A stretch of 64,000 nucleotides of DNA from Callorhinchus milii (lineage: Eukaryota). The stretch is taken from NCBI RefSeq assembly GCF_018977255.1, contig NW_024704742.1, forward strand, positions 118,360,001 to 118,424,000, read 5' to 3'. Positions 26,910-39,724 of this stretch are shown piece by piece. The position numbers and the translations under genes are program-made. How positions within the stretch are numbered: the first letter of the stretch is position 1; each line of letters starts with the position of its first letter. The notes under the pieces are model-generated. The model did not search any database, was not told the DNA's origin, and saw nothing but the letters and a program-made list of their open reading frames with translations.

Positions 26910-27117
26910 CTGTGGAGAAGACTAAGACGGTGTTGTTCCAGTATCCGTAGTACCGCAGGGCCTCAGTAAGGTTCCCCACCGCCTCGTCCATCACCGACAC
27001 CATCCCTGCGTAGTGCCGCCGGTTCTTGTCATGGATGAAGCTGTATGGTTTTGTGTAATTCTCTGGCACCTGAAGAGGAGCGTGCACAGACTGCAAGGCC
27101 AGATACAGAAAGAGAGG
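26910..27117 (-). CDS. ARSB: ARSB exon 4
   Basis: [18 protein letters not shown]...[17 protein letters not shown]...NNTVLVFST; 208 nt, AG/GT flanks. Confidence 0.97.
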
Positions 27118-27955
27118 CTGCAACACAGAGGCAGAGCACCACAATGTTAGCCCGAGATGTGCTAAAATTCACAGGTCTGATCAACATCACAGACCGAGAT
27201 AGAAATCCTCCTTTCCTCCTTCCACATTTCTTTCCTTTACAACTTCTTCCTGTCCTTTGTCCACACGTGGTTCCTCACCTTCAATAGAAGTAGTAAAGAA
27301 TTTGGTATACAATAAAAATAATCCTTGCATTTGATGTAGCGCCTTATCACGTCGTTGGGACGTCTCAAAGCGTTCACAGAATATATTGTAAAGTAGATTG
27401 ACTGTGAATTTTGTGGACCAAATGTGGCAGCCATTTGCGGAATGTATTGTCCCACAAACAGTCATGGATTGAGTGACCACATTTTTTTTTGTGGTGATGT
27501 GATAATCATCACAAAAAAATTTGATCACTTTGGTCTTGCCCATAACAGGTTTGGGGCTGATTCCCTTTCCTCTCCATCCCCAAATGTCATCTATCACCAT
27601 TGAAACATCCATTACCACCAGCAAGAGGACTATGAAGCAGGCCAGAGTTGGCAGAGCAGAGGGAATGGGCAGGAGAATAGGGCAGTGGATCATCTCGTAG
27701 GTAGGTGGGGCAAGGCTGTGGATGTATTTGAGGGTTAATACGGAGTTGATAAAGTCAATCCACTGGGGAACAGAGAAACAGTGGAGCTTCGGAGGACAGG
27801 GATGACAGGCGCAGAATTATCCAGGTAATGCGCCCAAGAGCATCTCACTGAACTCTGGTAAACGTGGAGCCCCACACTCGAGGCTACTTTTTTTAATAGT
27901 AAATTGGGGATTAACAAACTGTGGGCATCGCCATCTCCCATGATGTGACACCTAC

Positions 27956-28146
27956 CTTGCGAGGGTCATGCTTGGCTAGGACATCGGTGGCTCTCTGTAC
28001 AAATATATTGGTTGAATACATGTCTGTATATCCGGTAGAGGCTTCCTCCCCATCGTGGAGGTCCAGTGCACAGCGGGTAGCGTTCAGCCCAGAGATAAAA
28101 TAACAGCGATTGTGTGAGTAGTAATCCTCACTGCCCAACAGGTAAC
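27956..28146 (-). CDS. ARSB: ARSB exon 3
   Basis: (G)[11 protein letters not shown]...[10 protein letters not shown]...[10 protein letters not shown]...HDPRK; donor AAG|GTAGG; 191 nt. Confidence 0.97.
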
Positions 28147-28812
28147 CTGAAATACAGCAAGAGAACGAGTATTAAATCTGCACTCACTGCAGTGTAGAGC
28201 ATTTACACCCCATTGCCAACATGTGGGAGAGCTACAGGCCGCGATACTGCAGTAGTGAAGTTTTCGCTTCCATGCCATTTTGTAATGGAATGGAAGCCAA
28301 TAATTAACTACTCTAGTGTCCCAGCACCTTGGGATATTCTCCCGATGTGAATGGTGCTATACAAATGTCATTTTTTATATTTGTTGTTGTTGTAAACCAA
28401 GGTATATCACCCAGGAACTGCCTGGCTAAAGACCCAAAAATATTACAACACAATTTTATTTTGGTTTAACAAGAACAACAACTTGCATTTATATAGCACT
28501 CCTCACTTCCCAGAGCGCATGACAGCGGTAGAACACACCACTGAGCCGTGGGAAGGGGGAGCTGGAACGGTCGAAGAGCAAAGTCTTCAGTGGCGACGTG
28601 AAGATGGGGAAGGAGGGGGCAAGGTTTAACGTGTCATCAAAAGACAGCACATCGAGCAATGCAACACATACATTGCATTGGAGAGTCATCTTAGACTATG
28701 TGAATTCAACTCCCAATGTGGGGCTTGAACCCTCAACCTTCTGTTTCAGAGGTAAGAGTGCTGCCAACTGAGCCAAGCAGACACCCAAGTTGAATAGAAC
28801 CATTAGAATTAC

Positions 28813-28999
28813 CAAAATAGGAATCGAATCCCCTGCGTGTCGGAAGACACTCCTTTCTGTACATGCCCAAGTGCCATTTCCCCACCATGTGAGTACTGTA
28901 GCCAGCCTCCTTCAGCAACTGAGGCAGCAGCTTCTCATCCAATGGAATGCAGTGCCGCTGGCAGGGCCAGATTATTTCATGCTGAAGGCCTGTGTGGAT
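28813..28999 (-). CDS. ARSB: ARSB exon 2
   Basis: [14 protein letters not shown]...[25 protein letters not shown]; acceptor CAG|ATC, donor TTTG|GTAA; 187 nt. Confidence 0.97.
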
Positions 29000-29141
29000 C
29001 TGGAGGGAAACAATGAAGACATGAGCTATAAAGGCAGGGTGCTCCTGAATACCATTGCTGGGTGACCACATTCACATGTTTGCTACCAGTGAGTACTTCC
29101 CACCCACCTCTCTGTAAAATGCTGCTGACAGGTCAACACAT

Positions 29142-29364
29142 GGGGAGAAATTCCATCTGGGTCTGCTCTTTACACTTTTAAACACATCTCAGAGCAACCA
29201 GAATTTGGCAAACTGTCAAATAATTTTAAAGTTGTTTTTTCTGCACGTTTCTTTTAAGTAAACCAGCTTCAAAACGTTGAGACTGAATTCAACAATTTGC
29301 CAAATTCTCATAAAAGCTACATTAACAGAGTAAATCTAGATTTACCCATCTGGAACTTTACCCC
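29142..29364. mobile_element. Palindromic MITE-like element
   Basis: Ends GGGGAGAAATTCCATCTGGGT / ACCCATCTGGAACTTTACCCC, plus an internal inverted pair GAATTTGGCAAACTGT / ACAATTTGCCAAATTC. Confidence 0.6.
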
Positions 29365-30879
29365 ACTTGTATTTTGCTCTACTTCTGCTACTGTCCTAAT
29401 TGAAGATTTGTAAATATTTTAGCGTCGTAATAATCAATGCATTTGACCATGTCAAAACCATCAAAGGAACTTCACAGACTGGGGTTTACATAACAGTTTT
29501 TGCAACCTAGATTGCCATGGATTCAACCATACTGAATCCTAGCAGTAACCAGATATATCACACTGACCGTGTCCATTCACATCCATTCCAACATTCCAGC
29601 AGTCAGCTGGACACCACCAGTTCAGTCTATAGTCAGAAAGTCTAAGAGGCATTATTATGGCTTGAAGAGTTTCAGGAAGGCTCTTTCTAGAACAGACTGT
29701 TCCAAACACTCTGCTTTTGGAATGAGCGTTCCGCCTTTTTGTGGAGGTTTGTGTGATTTTTTTCCTACAACAAGAGGTTAGTTTTAAATGAAATATATCA
29801 GGGATGTACAGTGGTGCTTCAGTGCAGACCCTGCAAGCCTCACTTATTTCCATTTCCGCTTTTAGACACAGCAGCCACATCAATGCCTGGATCAGGCCAC
29901 AGAAATTCTACATTCACCATCCTTCATGGAAAAGCTTTGGCAAAATGTAAATGGATTGATTGATTTTTGGAAAAAAAAGGACATTCCAGAATCTCACTGA
30001 AAATCGCAAATGTCTACCAGCCGGTGAAGGTTACAAGATGTTAGTTAGTCTATTAGAGCTGACTAAGGTCATTTTACCCAAATAAAAATAATAATCATCG
30101 CATTATAAAATAATTTAGGGGATTAGAACACCGGCCTTCACCTGGGACTCGCGTCTCAAAGACTCCTCTTTCTACCAAAAATTCATTTGAATGGATTCAC
30201 CCCACTTCCCATTCGCCTACAAAATGTATAGTCACAACATTTTACAGTAAAACCTTTGAAGTGCCTCCTTCAGGCTCTATATCAAATGCAAGATTTTTTA
30301 AATATAGGGATGGAAATATCCCCTCGTTGAGAATGGTGCCCACACTCTCTCTGGAAGGACGCAACCCATTTACGTAATCCTGGAAAGTATTAGGCATAGG
30401 TTGGCAAGAGTCAGGGCTTGGCCCCAGAGCTATTGTTGTACTGCTGGAGTTTAACCAATTTACATTTTGGGTCAACAGACAAGCTGGTCCTGAAAGAACA
30501 GCACCACCTAATGTTCATTTATATTAGTGCTGCCAAACAACCGGGAAGAAAATCCAGCAACAAAACAAGTCCCAGTTCCGCACTGTAATCATCTGTAATT
30601 CAACCAAACATTTCTTACACTAGAAGTTACACATAGTCACTATAGTACTGTACAGTGTTGGCCCTCCTATTTTTCCACCTTATTGTAAGCCCTTCTTTGT
30701 CTCCTAATGTAAACTGCCAGCCCTCTTCTTTACCCCAGATCTCCTCTACAACAACAAATTATGTTTGCATAGCGTTTTTCACGTCGAGGGGACGTCACAA
30801 GGCACTGGCCAGTCAGCGATTTGGACCAATTTTGCACCTCTACTGCTGGCCCTTCTCTGACCTCTTGTACCTGAGCAGT

Positions 30880-31210
30880 TATGAGTGTACAGATGTCAGT
30901 TACTCTCCTATACTTAGAATTCATGCTGAAACCATATGGCCAAGCTCCCTCGATATTCTGGTGCGTAAAAACAAAGTCTTGTGCAGAGTTTAGACCATAT
31001 AGGCTTAGAAAGTTTCAGAGTTCTATTGTGTGCCGTTGTCTGATCTCAGACAGGGAGTTACAATAGTCTCAATGCTCCTAGATTAATGAGGAGAAAATCA
31101 TGCAGGACTCCCTTTCATTTACATGTGAACAATGACCACTTAGATGAGGTCCTGGAGGGTACTTGTTGAAGGAAAGAGGTATCACATGCCTTCAGAGGAC
31201 AAGGAGAGAA
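30880..31210 (+). mobile_element. Highly decayed CR1 ORF2 3' fragment
   Basis: Remnants GATATTCTGGTGCG...AGTTTCAGAGTTCTATT...GATCTCAGACAGGGAGTTAC...GAGGTATCACATG. Confidence 0.45.
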
Positions 31211-31333
31211 AATGAGAAGGAAATAAGAAATTATGTTAATATAATCCTTGCATTTGATAAGGCAACATATTATGTTAAAACATCTCAAAGCACTTCACAG
31301 GACATACCGTAAAGTAGAATGACTGTGGTACCT

Positions 31334-32195
31334 AACAACAACAACAAATTACATTTGTAAAGTGCCTTTCAAGTCAGGAGGATGTCCCAAGGTGCTGGAC
31401 AGACAGAATTACGGACCTGAGCTGTGGGTCGGGGTGAGGAAGAGTGGAGGGTAGGGGGAGGAAGCAGGGAGATTAAAAGCACAGTCGAAGAGGAGGGTTT
31501 TGAGATGAGTCTTGAAGGTAGCAAGGGAGGGAGCGAATTGGAGGGACTGTGGGATGGAGTTCCAGAAGGTGGGGGCAGAATGGGGGAAGGCCCACCCACC
31601 AATAGTGGGGCGAGGCGGGGGACATGAGCCCGCTGAGCGGAGGGAGCGAACAGGAGGGTAGGGGTTAGGACGTCGGAGAGGTAGGGGGGAGCAAGACAAT
31701 GGAGGGCTTTGAACATGAGGACCAGGATCTTGAACTATATCCTCTGTGTGATGGGAAGCCAGTGGAGTTGGGCAAGGATGGGGGTGATAGGGTCGCAGGA
31801 GAGGACACGGGCTGCAGAGTTCTGAATGATCTGCAGCCTGTGGAGGGAGGAGTTGGGGAGGCCGACAAGCAATGAGTTTGCATAGTTGAGCCTCGATGTA
31901 ATGAAAGCATGTATGGGGGTTTTGGCAGCCTGCGTTGTGAGACGGTGGTGGAGCCGGGCGACGTTGCGGAGGTGGGGGAAGGCAGAGTGGGTCATGGCAC
32001 AGATGTGGGGTAGAAAGGATAGTTGAGGGTCAAACAAGACCCCAAGGTTCCAGATTGGTTTAGCAAGGTGGAGTGTGCAACCATGGATGGTGATGCTATC
32101 AGCGCCTGAGGTGAGGAGGCGCTGACGGGAGCCAATCAGGAGGGCCTCGGTCTTGTTGACGTTCAACTGAAGAAAGTTAGCTCTCACCCTGGACT
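31334..32195 (-). mobile_element. L2-clade LINE 3' part
   Basis: [16 protein letters not shown]...[17 protein letters not shown]...[10 protein letters not shown]; (CAA)n on the + strand. Confidence 0.95.
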
Positions 32196-32199
32196 AGTT

Positions 32200-32530
32200 G
32201 GTACCTAGCTTCCAATTTGCATACAGCAATTTACCACAAACGGTTATAGAGTTAATGCTCAATTTTGTTTGGGGGATCATTGCCCAGGACACTGGGAGAA
32301 AATGCATTCTCTGTTTGAATTGTACCATTGGAAACATCCACCTGAACAGGCAGATGGGACCTCTGATTAACATCTCATCTGAAAGATGGTATCCCTGACA
32401 ATATGGGACACCTCCAGCACTGCATTGGAGTGCCAGAATGAACAACATGGGTTCCAAGTCCCGATGTGGGGCTTGAACCCACAACCTTCTGACTAAGAGG
32501 CAAGAATGCTGCCAACTGAACCAAGCTGAG
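32200..32530 (-). mobile_element. Older DeuSINE (SacSINE1/LmeSINE1/AmnSINE1-like); other copies at ~5030-5360, 28630-28780, 36830-37060, 38080-38390, 47270-47540, 49980-50240, 51340-51540, 55780-56070
   Basis: tRNA-like head CAGCTTGGTTCAGTTGGCAGCA...GGGTTCAAGCCCCAC, then TTTCAGATGAGATGTTAA...CCCATCTGCCTGTTCAGGTGGATG...TCTCCCAGTGTCCTGG, as I recall for the Deu domain. Confidence 0.8.
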
Positions 32531-33153
32531 CAGAATCTTCACCTCACACTAATCTTCATGGTTTTGTGAGATTATTGTAAATAATAATTTGAGCAATGTC
32601 AGGGAGATATCAACAAATAGAAAACGCATTGCTCCTGAGAATACACTGTTTGTGAGAGGGAAGTGTAGAGAATAGCATCTCCAGAAGAGCTGGGTCTACA
32701 TCTGCAATAGAGCTGCTGCTTTAGTGCTCATGTACTAGTCATGAGAGGCTAACCATTACCTTTGTCTTCACTCAAGAGGCATTCGAGGCAAATTGAAACC
32801 AGAGTTTTTCAGTGCTGAAGGTACAATGTGTAAAGAGGACTAAAATGCTTCCAGATACTAAGAAAATGGATGCATCAGATCATATTTAAATATAAAAATA
32901 TTTTTTGGCAGGGCTGGCTTCCCTGGCTAATAATAGAATGACAGTCTGCTTCCTTGTGGTTTCCATTGTTCCCATTATGTACATCCAGCAGGGCTCTCTT
33001 CCTGGTCCAGGTGTTTGTATTTATATATAACCAGATCCAGATCTTATTCCTGTGCAGCTTCAGATCTGACCAGAAGGTACAGAAACACATTGAGGTCCAA
33101 ATGACAGTATTTCTTAACATGAATTCTTAATAAGGAAATAGAGTCCTGCAAAT

Positions 33154-33462
33154 GGAGTCCCATCGCGTAGTTGAGGTAGCGAGCTCGCCTCACATACGAG
33201 AGGTGCGATTCCCGGGCGGGGCAAAACTTTAGGCAAGTTTCCTAATTCCACTCACCTCTGTTTACTTAGCAGTCAGTTGAAACTCAGTTGTTATAGTCGA
33301 TTGGCGTATCACTTTCCAAGGATAATAATCCCTCAAAAAAAACTGGTCAATAAATCCACGACTGATTGTGGAACATCGCTGTGCACAATTGATTGTTTCA
33401 CCCACAAAATATAGAGTCAATCCACTTCACAAATATTCTGTTAAGTGCTTTGCGATGTCTTG
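33154..33462 (+). mobile_element. tRNA-derived SINE, long subfamily
   Basis: Head plus an extra internal segment CTCTGTTTACTTAGCAGTC...GTCGATTGGC. Confidence 0.85.
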
Positions 33463-33965
33463 AACAACAACCGCCACCTTCCATTTGTATAGTGCCTTTC
33501 ACGTCAGGAGGACAACCCAATGCGTTTGGACCTGAGTGTGGGGGAGGGGATTAGGGTAAGGGAGGGGGCAGGGCAGGGAGGGTGGCCGAAGGCACAGTCG
33601 AATAACGAGGCAAAGGGAATGTGGGATGGAGTTCCAAAGGGGAAGGGGGGGGCAGAGAGGCTGAAGGCCCAACCCCCGATGGTGTGGTGGGCCAAACTGG
33701 GGACGTAGAGCAGGCCAGAGCCTGTTGTACGCAGAGAGCGGACAGGTTGATAAAGGGTTAGCAGGTCACTGAGGTAGGAGGGAGCAAGGCCGTGGAGAGC
33801 CTTGAAGGCGAGGACGAGAATTTTGAATTCTGTCCTCTGTGGGTTGGGGAGCCAGTGGAGCTGGACGAGGGTGGAGGTGATGGGATCATGGAGCCTGGTG
33901 TGGGAGAGGACATGAGCTGCAGAGTTCTAGATAATCTGCAGCTTGTGGAGGGTACAGTTGGGGAG
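33463..33965 (-). mobile_element. L2-clade LINE 3' fragment
   Basis: Matches the other L2 copies (GGAGCCAGTGGAGCTGG, GAGCTGCAGAGTTC) and carries the tail. Confidence 0.9.
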
Positions 33966-34856
33966 ACATTACATTAGAATACATTAGAATATACAGCACA
34001 GAAACAGGCCATTAAGCCCACTGGTCTATGCCGGTGTTTATGCTCCACATGAGCCTCCTCCTGCCCTTCCTCAACTAAGCCTTCAAGCGTAACCTTCTAT
34101 TCCTTTTTCCCTCATGTACTTATTTAGCTTTCCCTTAAATACATCTATGCTCTTTGCCTCAACAACTCCTTGTGGTAGCACGTTCCACATTCCCACTACT
34201 CTCTGTGTGAAGGAATTTCTTCTAACTTCCCTATTTGATCCATGTGTGACTATTTTATATTGATGGCTCCAGGTTTTGGTCTCCCCCACAGTGTAAACAT
34301 CTTCCCTATGTCTACCTATCAAAACCTTTCATGATTTTAAAGACTTCTATCAGGTCACCTCTTACCCTCCTCTTTTCAAGAGAAAAGAGTCCAAGTATGT
34401 TCAGCCTTTCCTGATAGGTATAACCTCTCAGTTCTGGGATCATCTTTGTGAATCTCCTTTGCACCCTCTCCAGTGCCTCTACATCCCTTCTATAATGTGG
34501 GGACCAGAGCTGCACATAGTGTGATCTAACCAAAGTTCTATAGAAGTTTACCATAAATTCTCTGCTTTTCATTCTACCCTCTAGAAATGAATCCCAATGC
34601 CTGGTTTGCTTTTTTTCTGGCCTTATTAACCTGCGTTGCTACTTTTGGTGAATTGTGTACTCCTAGGTCCCTTTGCTACTCTACCCCATTTAGGTTTTAT
34701 TTTCCAGGATGTGTGTGACTTCCTTATTCCTTCTATCAAAATGTACCATCTCACACTTTTGTACATTGAAATGCATCTGCCATTTAAATGCCCACTCAGC
34801 AAGTTTACTAATGTCTTGCTGTAATTCTTTGCAGTCCTCCTCTGTATTAACTACAA
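33966..34856 (-). mobile_element. CR1-type LINE fragment, abutting or interrupting an L2 copy
   Basis: ORFs WSPHYRRDVEALERVQRRFTKMIPEL and FTQRVVGMWNVLPQ; short tandem tail (TTCTAATGTA). Confidence 0.93.
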
Positions 34857-37244
34857 GCAAGGAGTTGGCATATTTGAGCCTAGATGTGATTACATTGAGA
34901 GGGTAGTTTCTCTGGGGCCATGAGAATTTGACCAGGATTCAATATTAAGGATTATCAAACATTAGACCCCACCACTGTCAGTGCCTTGGTACGTTCTCCT
35001 GACATGAAAGACGATATATAAATGTACATTTGTATTTTATTGTCAGTCACAATCATACTGATGGCAAAATCGCAAGACTTAGAACATAGCAATGTAAAGA
35101 CACTAACATCTAATTTAGAAGAGTGCAAAATCAACAAGATTTACATTGGTGTCTGATATTTGGATGTTAATAGTAAACTGCAGACAAAAAAATTACAAAA
35201 TATAAAAGCAGGTCTAAAAAAAAAATCAACCTTTCCAGCATTTAAATAAAAAATGGGTGGGGATCGTATGGTCAGAGACAACACACGCAGCATGTACTCA
35301 TTGACTAAGTTGGTACGTAGTCACTGCAGATGTAGTGGTAGCAGAAGAATCAGCCTAAAGGCTCAACATTGCAGCACATTTCAACATAGTTTATTTCCCA
35401 TCAGTCTCAATGTACATTGAATGCAATTCCCAGCTCTCTCCTCCAGGTGGCTCTGCAGTACAGCACCTAATAATTTAACCTTCTCTTTTCCTGTAGGATT
35501 ATGGCTTGACCCAAGTTTGCTGCCTTGAGATTTTCGGTGAAAAGCTCATTAAGTAAATACTGAACGGCTCCACATCACTCAATACAGAAGCAGAAAAAGC
35601 AGATTTTTATTTTGAAAACCTGGGCTGCTGGTGTCTGACTTATACTTTAGAAATTGAGAAGGAGCTTGTCCCAAATAGTTGGTGAAGCTCTGTTGTGATG
35701 TGTGAGAAGTGGTGCAGCTCAATAGTCCTAAACTGTGATGTCCCAGTGTCAAGCCTTGCTGAAGCAAGCGCTCTGATACACTCTGCATAAATTGTTGATT
35801 GCTCCTCCGCCTTTTGGATAAGATTAAGTGTAGTTTCTATTCTTATCAGTTATTCATTGACCTTAACAATTGACAGAAATGTTCTTCTGTTGAGATTTGC
35901 TTTTGGTACGCAGAACACAACCGAATCTCACCCATAACTGGGGCATTATGAAAGAGATAGAGCTCCTGGCAATAGCTCTGCTTTCGACCCTCTGTCGGTT
36001 GGGATTGGTATTTGCTTTACATCTTATCTGAGGAGTTTGAGCTGCCCTCACAAAGAGGAATGAAGATACTGTAATGTAGAGCTCACTTGGTCACTGGCTC
36101 AGGCTGAGCTTGCCCTGCTGGAAAGGAGATCTGCTTACCTGACTTGCTCGAGTGGTTGTGAAGACATGTTTCAGGTTTGTCCTTTGTCAACAACAACAAC
36201 TTGCACTTATATAGCGCCCTCCACAAAGGGTAGCGTCCCAGAGCGCTTAACAGTGGCGGAGCCTGACTCCAACAACAAATTACATTTGTATAGCGCCTTT
36301 CAAGTCGAGAGGACATTCCAAGGCGCTGAATTTGGGGCATAAAAGAGTTTGGCGGGGATTGGGGCTTATTTGCGGGGACAACCCTCATTTCCCCAGTGGA
36401 ACGTTTTGGTCTAATTTGGTTGATGGGGGCAAGCAGGCCTCACCTTGCTCACCAATAGAAAACGAAGAAAAAAAAGCACAAGTTGTTGCTGCTGTTGTTG
36501 AACTGAGAGGGAGGTTGAGCCTGGGTTACAGACAGCCCCACAGTGGGGAGGGAAGAAAATTGCCATTTACTGCAGGACCCATCACACATCTCAATAAGCT
36601 AAACACCGAATGACTTAAGTGATTAAAGACACAAATAGAAAAATGGCTAGGGAGTGCCACTGACAGAGCTCTGCAGGAAAAACTGCAGCCTGTACTCTGG
36701 CCGAGGAAAGCTGCAGTATGGAGACATGCCATGGAGGGGAAAGGATTAAATTCTCTCCCCCCAACCACAAAAAAAGAATAAATTATAAAATCCTATTTCC
36801 GCCACCCATAGGATTCTGTTGCCAAATATCTTGCCTGAGCCCCACATCAGGGACTTTGAGCTCACATTCCAGGCTGACACTTGGACAGGCAGATGGGACC
36901 CTGGTTTAACATCTCATCTGAAGAAAGATACCTCCGACAAAGCATCAAACCCCAGTACCGCATGGAATATCGTATGAGACTATATGGGTTCTAAATTTCG
37001 TGGGACTTGAAACCACATCTTTCTGACATGGAGGCGAGAGTGCTACTGACCCAGGCTAACACTGACACTAATGTTTTGTTCAGCACTTTAAGCACAATTG
37101 TCATACTCTCCACATGATAACAACAACCACAACATGTACATATTTAGTGCTTTCATCTGCTATTTACTTGTGATTTTATATGATTGCTGTCTTTAAGATT
37201 CTAAAGGGCAATATTGATCATCACAGGCTGTTTCAACTAGTCCA

Positions 37245-37546
37245 GAATAGTAAAACCAGAGGTCACGGCCTGCAATTGAAGGGGATTAAATTCTGTACGA
37301 ATCTGGGGAAAACACAATTTCAGTGAGTGAATAGTGAACCTGTGGAACAGGTTCCCTAGGGAGACAGTTGAAGCAGGAAGTGGTGATTCCTTCAAACACA
37401 GATTAGATAGTTTTCTTTTATGAAATAACATTATAGGATATAGTACATAGGTAATTCGGGACAAGTTGCATGCGACCGTCAGGAAGGTGGAAGGCAAACT
37501 AGATGGACCTTGGTTTTTTTCATCTAGCATTTCTTATGTTCTTATG
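37245..37546 (+). mobile_element. CR1 3' fragment (different subfamily)
   Basis: ACCAGAGGTCAC...ATAGTGAACCTGTGGAACAGG...GATGGACCTTGGTTTTTTTCATC...(TTCTTATG)2. Confidence 0.8.
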
Positions 37547-39408
37547 GATTAGCTAATGTTATCAGGCTCCGTCCATGTTAAAGTATTTGGCAACAGCAGA
37601 TATATGATTGGACTGAAATGTTGCAAAATACTGCACCCAATATTCAGACAGAAGTCCTGAACATAAAACAGGAAATTGGTGGAAACTCATTAATGCTGCA
37701 TTTAGCTTGTGAATTACTTGAGACCCTTTTAAATAGCACATATCCTGAGTTGCTAGTGGGTGCAATTTTACATTTCAGGCCAGAATTCCAGACATGGCTG
37801 CTATATGGACATAATTGATCTTTAACTGTCAGTCTGGCTCAGTCGGAAGCACACTTAGAGCTGTTTGTGTAATATTGCTGTGTGCAGATGGACTGGCTCA
37901 CTTACCTATAAAATACAGTCACTACACTTTACAGAATATGCTGTGAAGTGCTTTGAGACACATTCCCAAAGGGAAAAAAGCAATACTGCATATCAAATCT
38001 AAGGATTATTTATTCTTGCTCTCATTTTTGAATTGGAAATTTGTGTGTTCAAACACTGTGTGAGGACATTTCAGTTCATAGTCCAGGATGACACTGCAGT
38101 GTAGTTTTGGGGAGTGTTGTATTGTCGGAGGTGCAGATGAGATGTCAAACCAAGGCCCGTCCGCCTGTTCAGATAGGTATCAAAGGTACTACTCAAAGAG
38201 AATGGAGTTTCTTCAGGTGTCCTGGTCAACAATCCCCCAATAATTCTGGCCATGGATGTATGTGGGCCATTGCTATGAGCAAATTGGCTGCCAATTGCTT
38301 ACAAATACAGTCACAGCTCACCTTGAAGTGTATTGAGATGTTTTAATGACATGATAAGACACTATATCAATTGCAAGGTTTAATATTGTAACTGCCTGCA
38401 GATTCCACACTTGCCAAGCACCCAAACACACAGCCACTACAATTTCCTTTTTAATCCACCCTGGGACATCCTACTGAGTGGAAGTTGCTATCAAAATGCT
38501 TTAAGGCATTTTAATGGCATCATAAGGCACAATATAAAATGCAAATATTATTAAAATTGTGAGTGCATACACACTCACACGAGTTGTTCCTAAGTCACAA
38601 CTCATAGCATTTTAAAAATAACCGTGATCCTTCCCTGATTTCTTGAGAACATCCGGACAGATTGTTAATATTCACCGACTGTCAGGACATGGCTGAAATT
38701 TCAGCTCACCTCCAGCCATAAACTGGGGCTGCCATTGCACACAGCTGCCATTCACATTGCTGGCCAAATTGCCTAGGTAACAGGCACTTCATTTCTAATT
38801 TAATCTCTTTCCGTGAAGCATTTTGAAGTGATTCTCGAGTTGCAGAATTGGCAACTTTGTATTTCTTCAACAAAAATGAGTTAGTGCCCTTTCAGATCTC
38901 CGAGGAAGAGGAGCGGGCTAAGGGTCCAGCCTTGAGGATCTGTAGGTAATCTTATAAGGCCGGTAAGAGAAACCATCAGAATCAAACAAAGTGGAGATGA
39001 TGGGTTAGGACGGAATGGAAACTATAAACTAGGAGAGAATGGTCTCACGGAGGTGGACTGTGGAGGAGAAGCAATCGAGCATAGCGTGGTCAACAGTGTC
39101 AAAAGAGAGCATAGAGAGGTCAATGAGGAGCCCTGATCACAGAGAGAGTATATTATTGGTAAAAAGGGGGGAGTGGGGTGTTAGAATCCAGATTAATTGT
39201 TCATTCACTTCATTCCACTTTGTGGGATGGTGCAGTGCTTGCTTGCATTTGGTATAGTACCTTATCACGTCATTGAGACATCTTAAATTGTTTCGCAGAA
39301 TAGACTGTATATTCTTGTGGGGGTAATGCAGCAACAACAACAACAAAATTACATTTATAGAGCGCTTTTCAAATCGGGAGGACGTCCCAAAGCACTGAAC
39401 AGTCAAGT

Positions 39409-39722
39409 GGAGTCCTGTAGCTCAGTGGTTAGAGCACTCGCTTTGCAAGCGAGAGACCTGAGTTCAATTCCAGGCAGGGCGAAACCTTGGGCAAGTTTCC
39501 TTACTCCACACGCCTAATAATAATCCCTCCAAAAAACCAAAAACAATAATAAATTGGTCATTTTCAATCTACGACTGTTTGTGGGACATTGCTGTGCGCA
39601 ATTGGCTGCCGCGTTCGCCCACAAATATACAGTCAATTCACTTTACAGTGTGTTCTGTGAAGTGCTTTGGGACGTCCTCCCGACGTGAAAAGTGCTATAT
39701 CAAGTGCAAGGATTATTATTAT
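39409..39722 (+). mobile_element. Full-length tRNA-Ala(TGC)-derived SINE with Deu-like body and L2-like tail (reference copy)
   Basis: A box TAGCTCAGTGG, anticodon arm CTCGC-TTTGCAA-GCGAG, B box GAGTTCAATTCC; body TGTTTGTGGGACATTGCTGTGCGCAATTGGCTGCCGCG; tail GAAGTGCTTTGGGACGTCCTCCCGACGTGAAAAG...(ATT)n. Confidence 0.93.
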
Positions 39723-39724
39723 AA

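Noticed and set aside
39409..39485. tRNA-Ala(TGC) gene
   Set aside because: It has A/B boxes and an anticodon arm but no proper acceptor stem, and it runs straight into a multicopy SINE body
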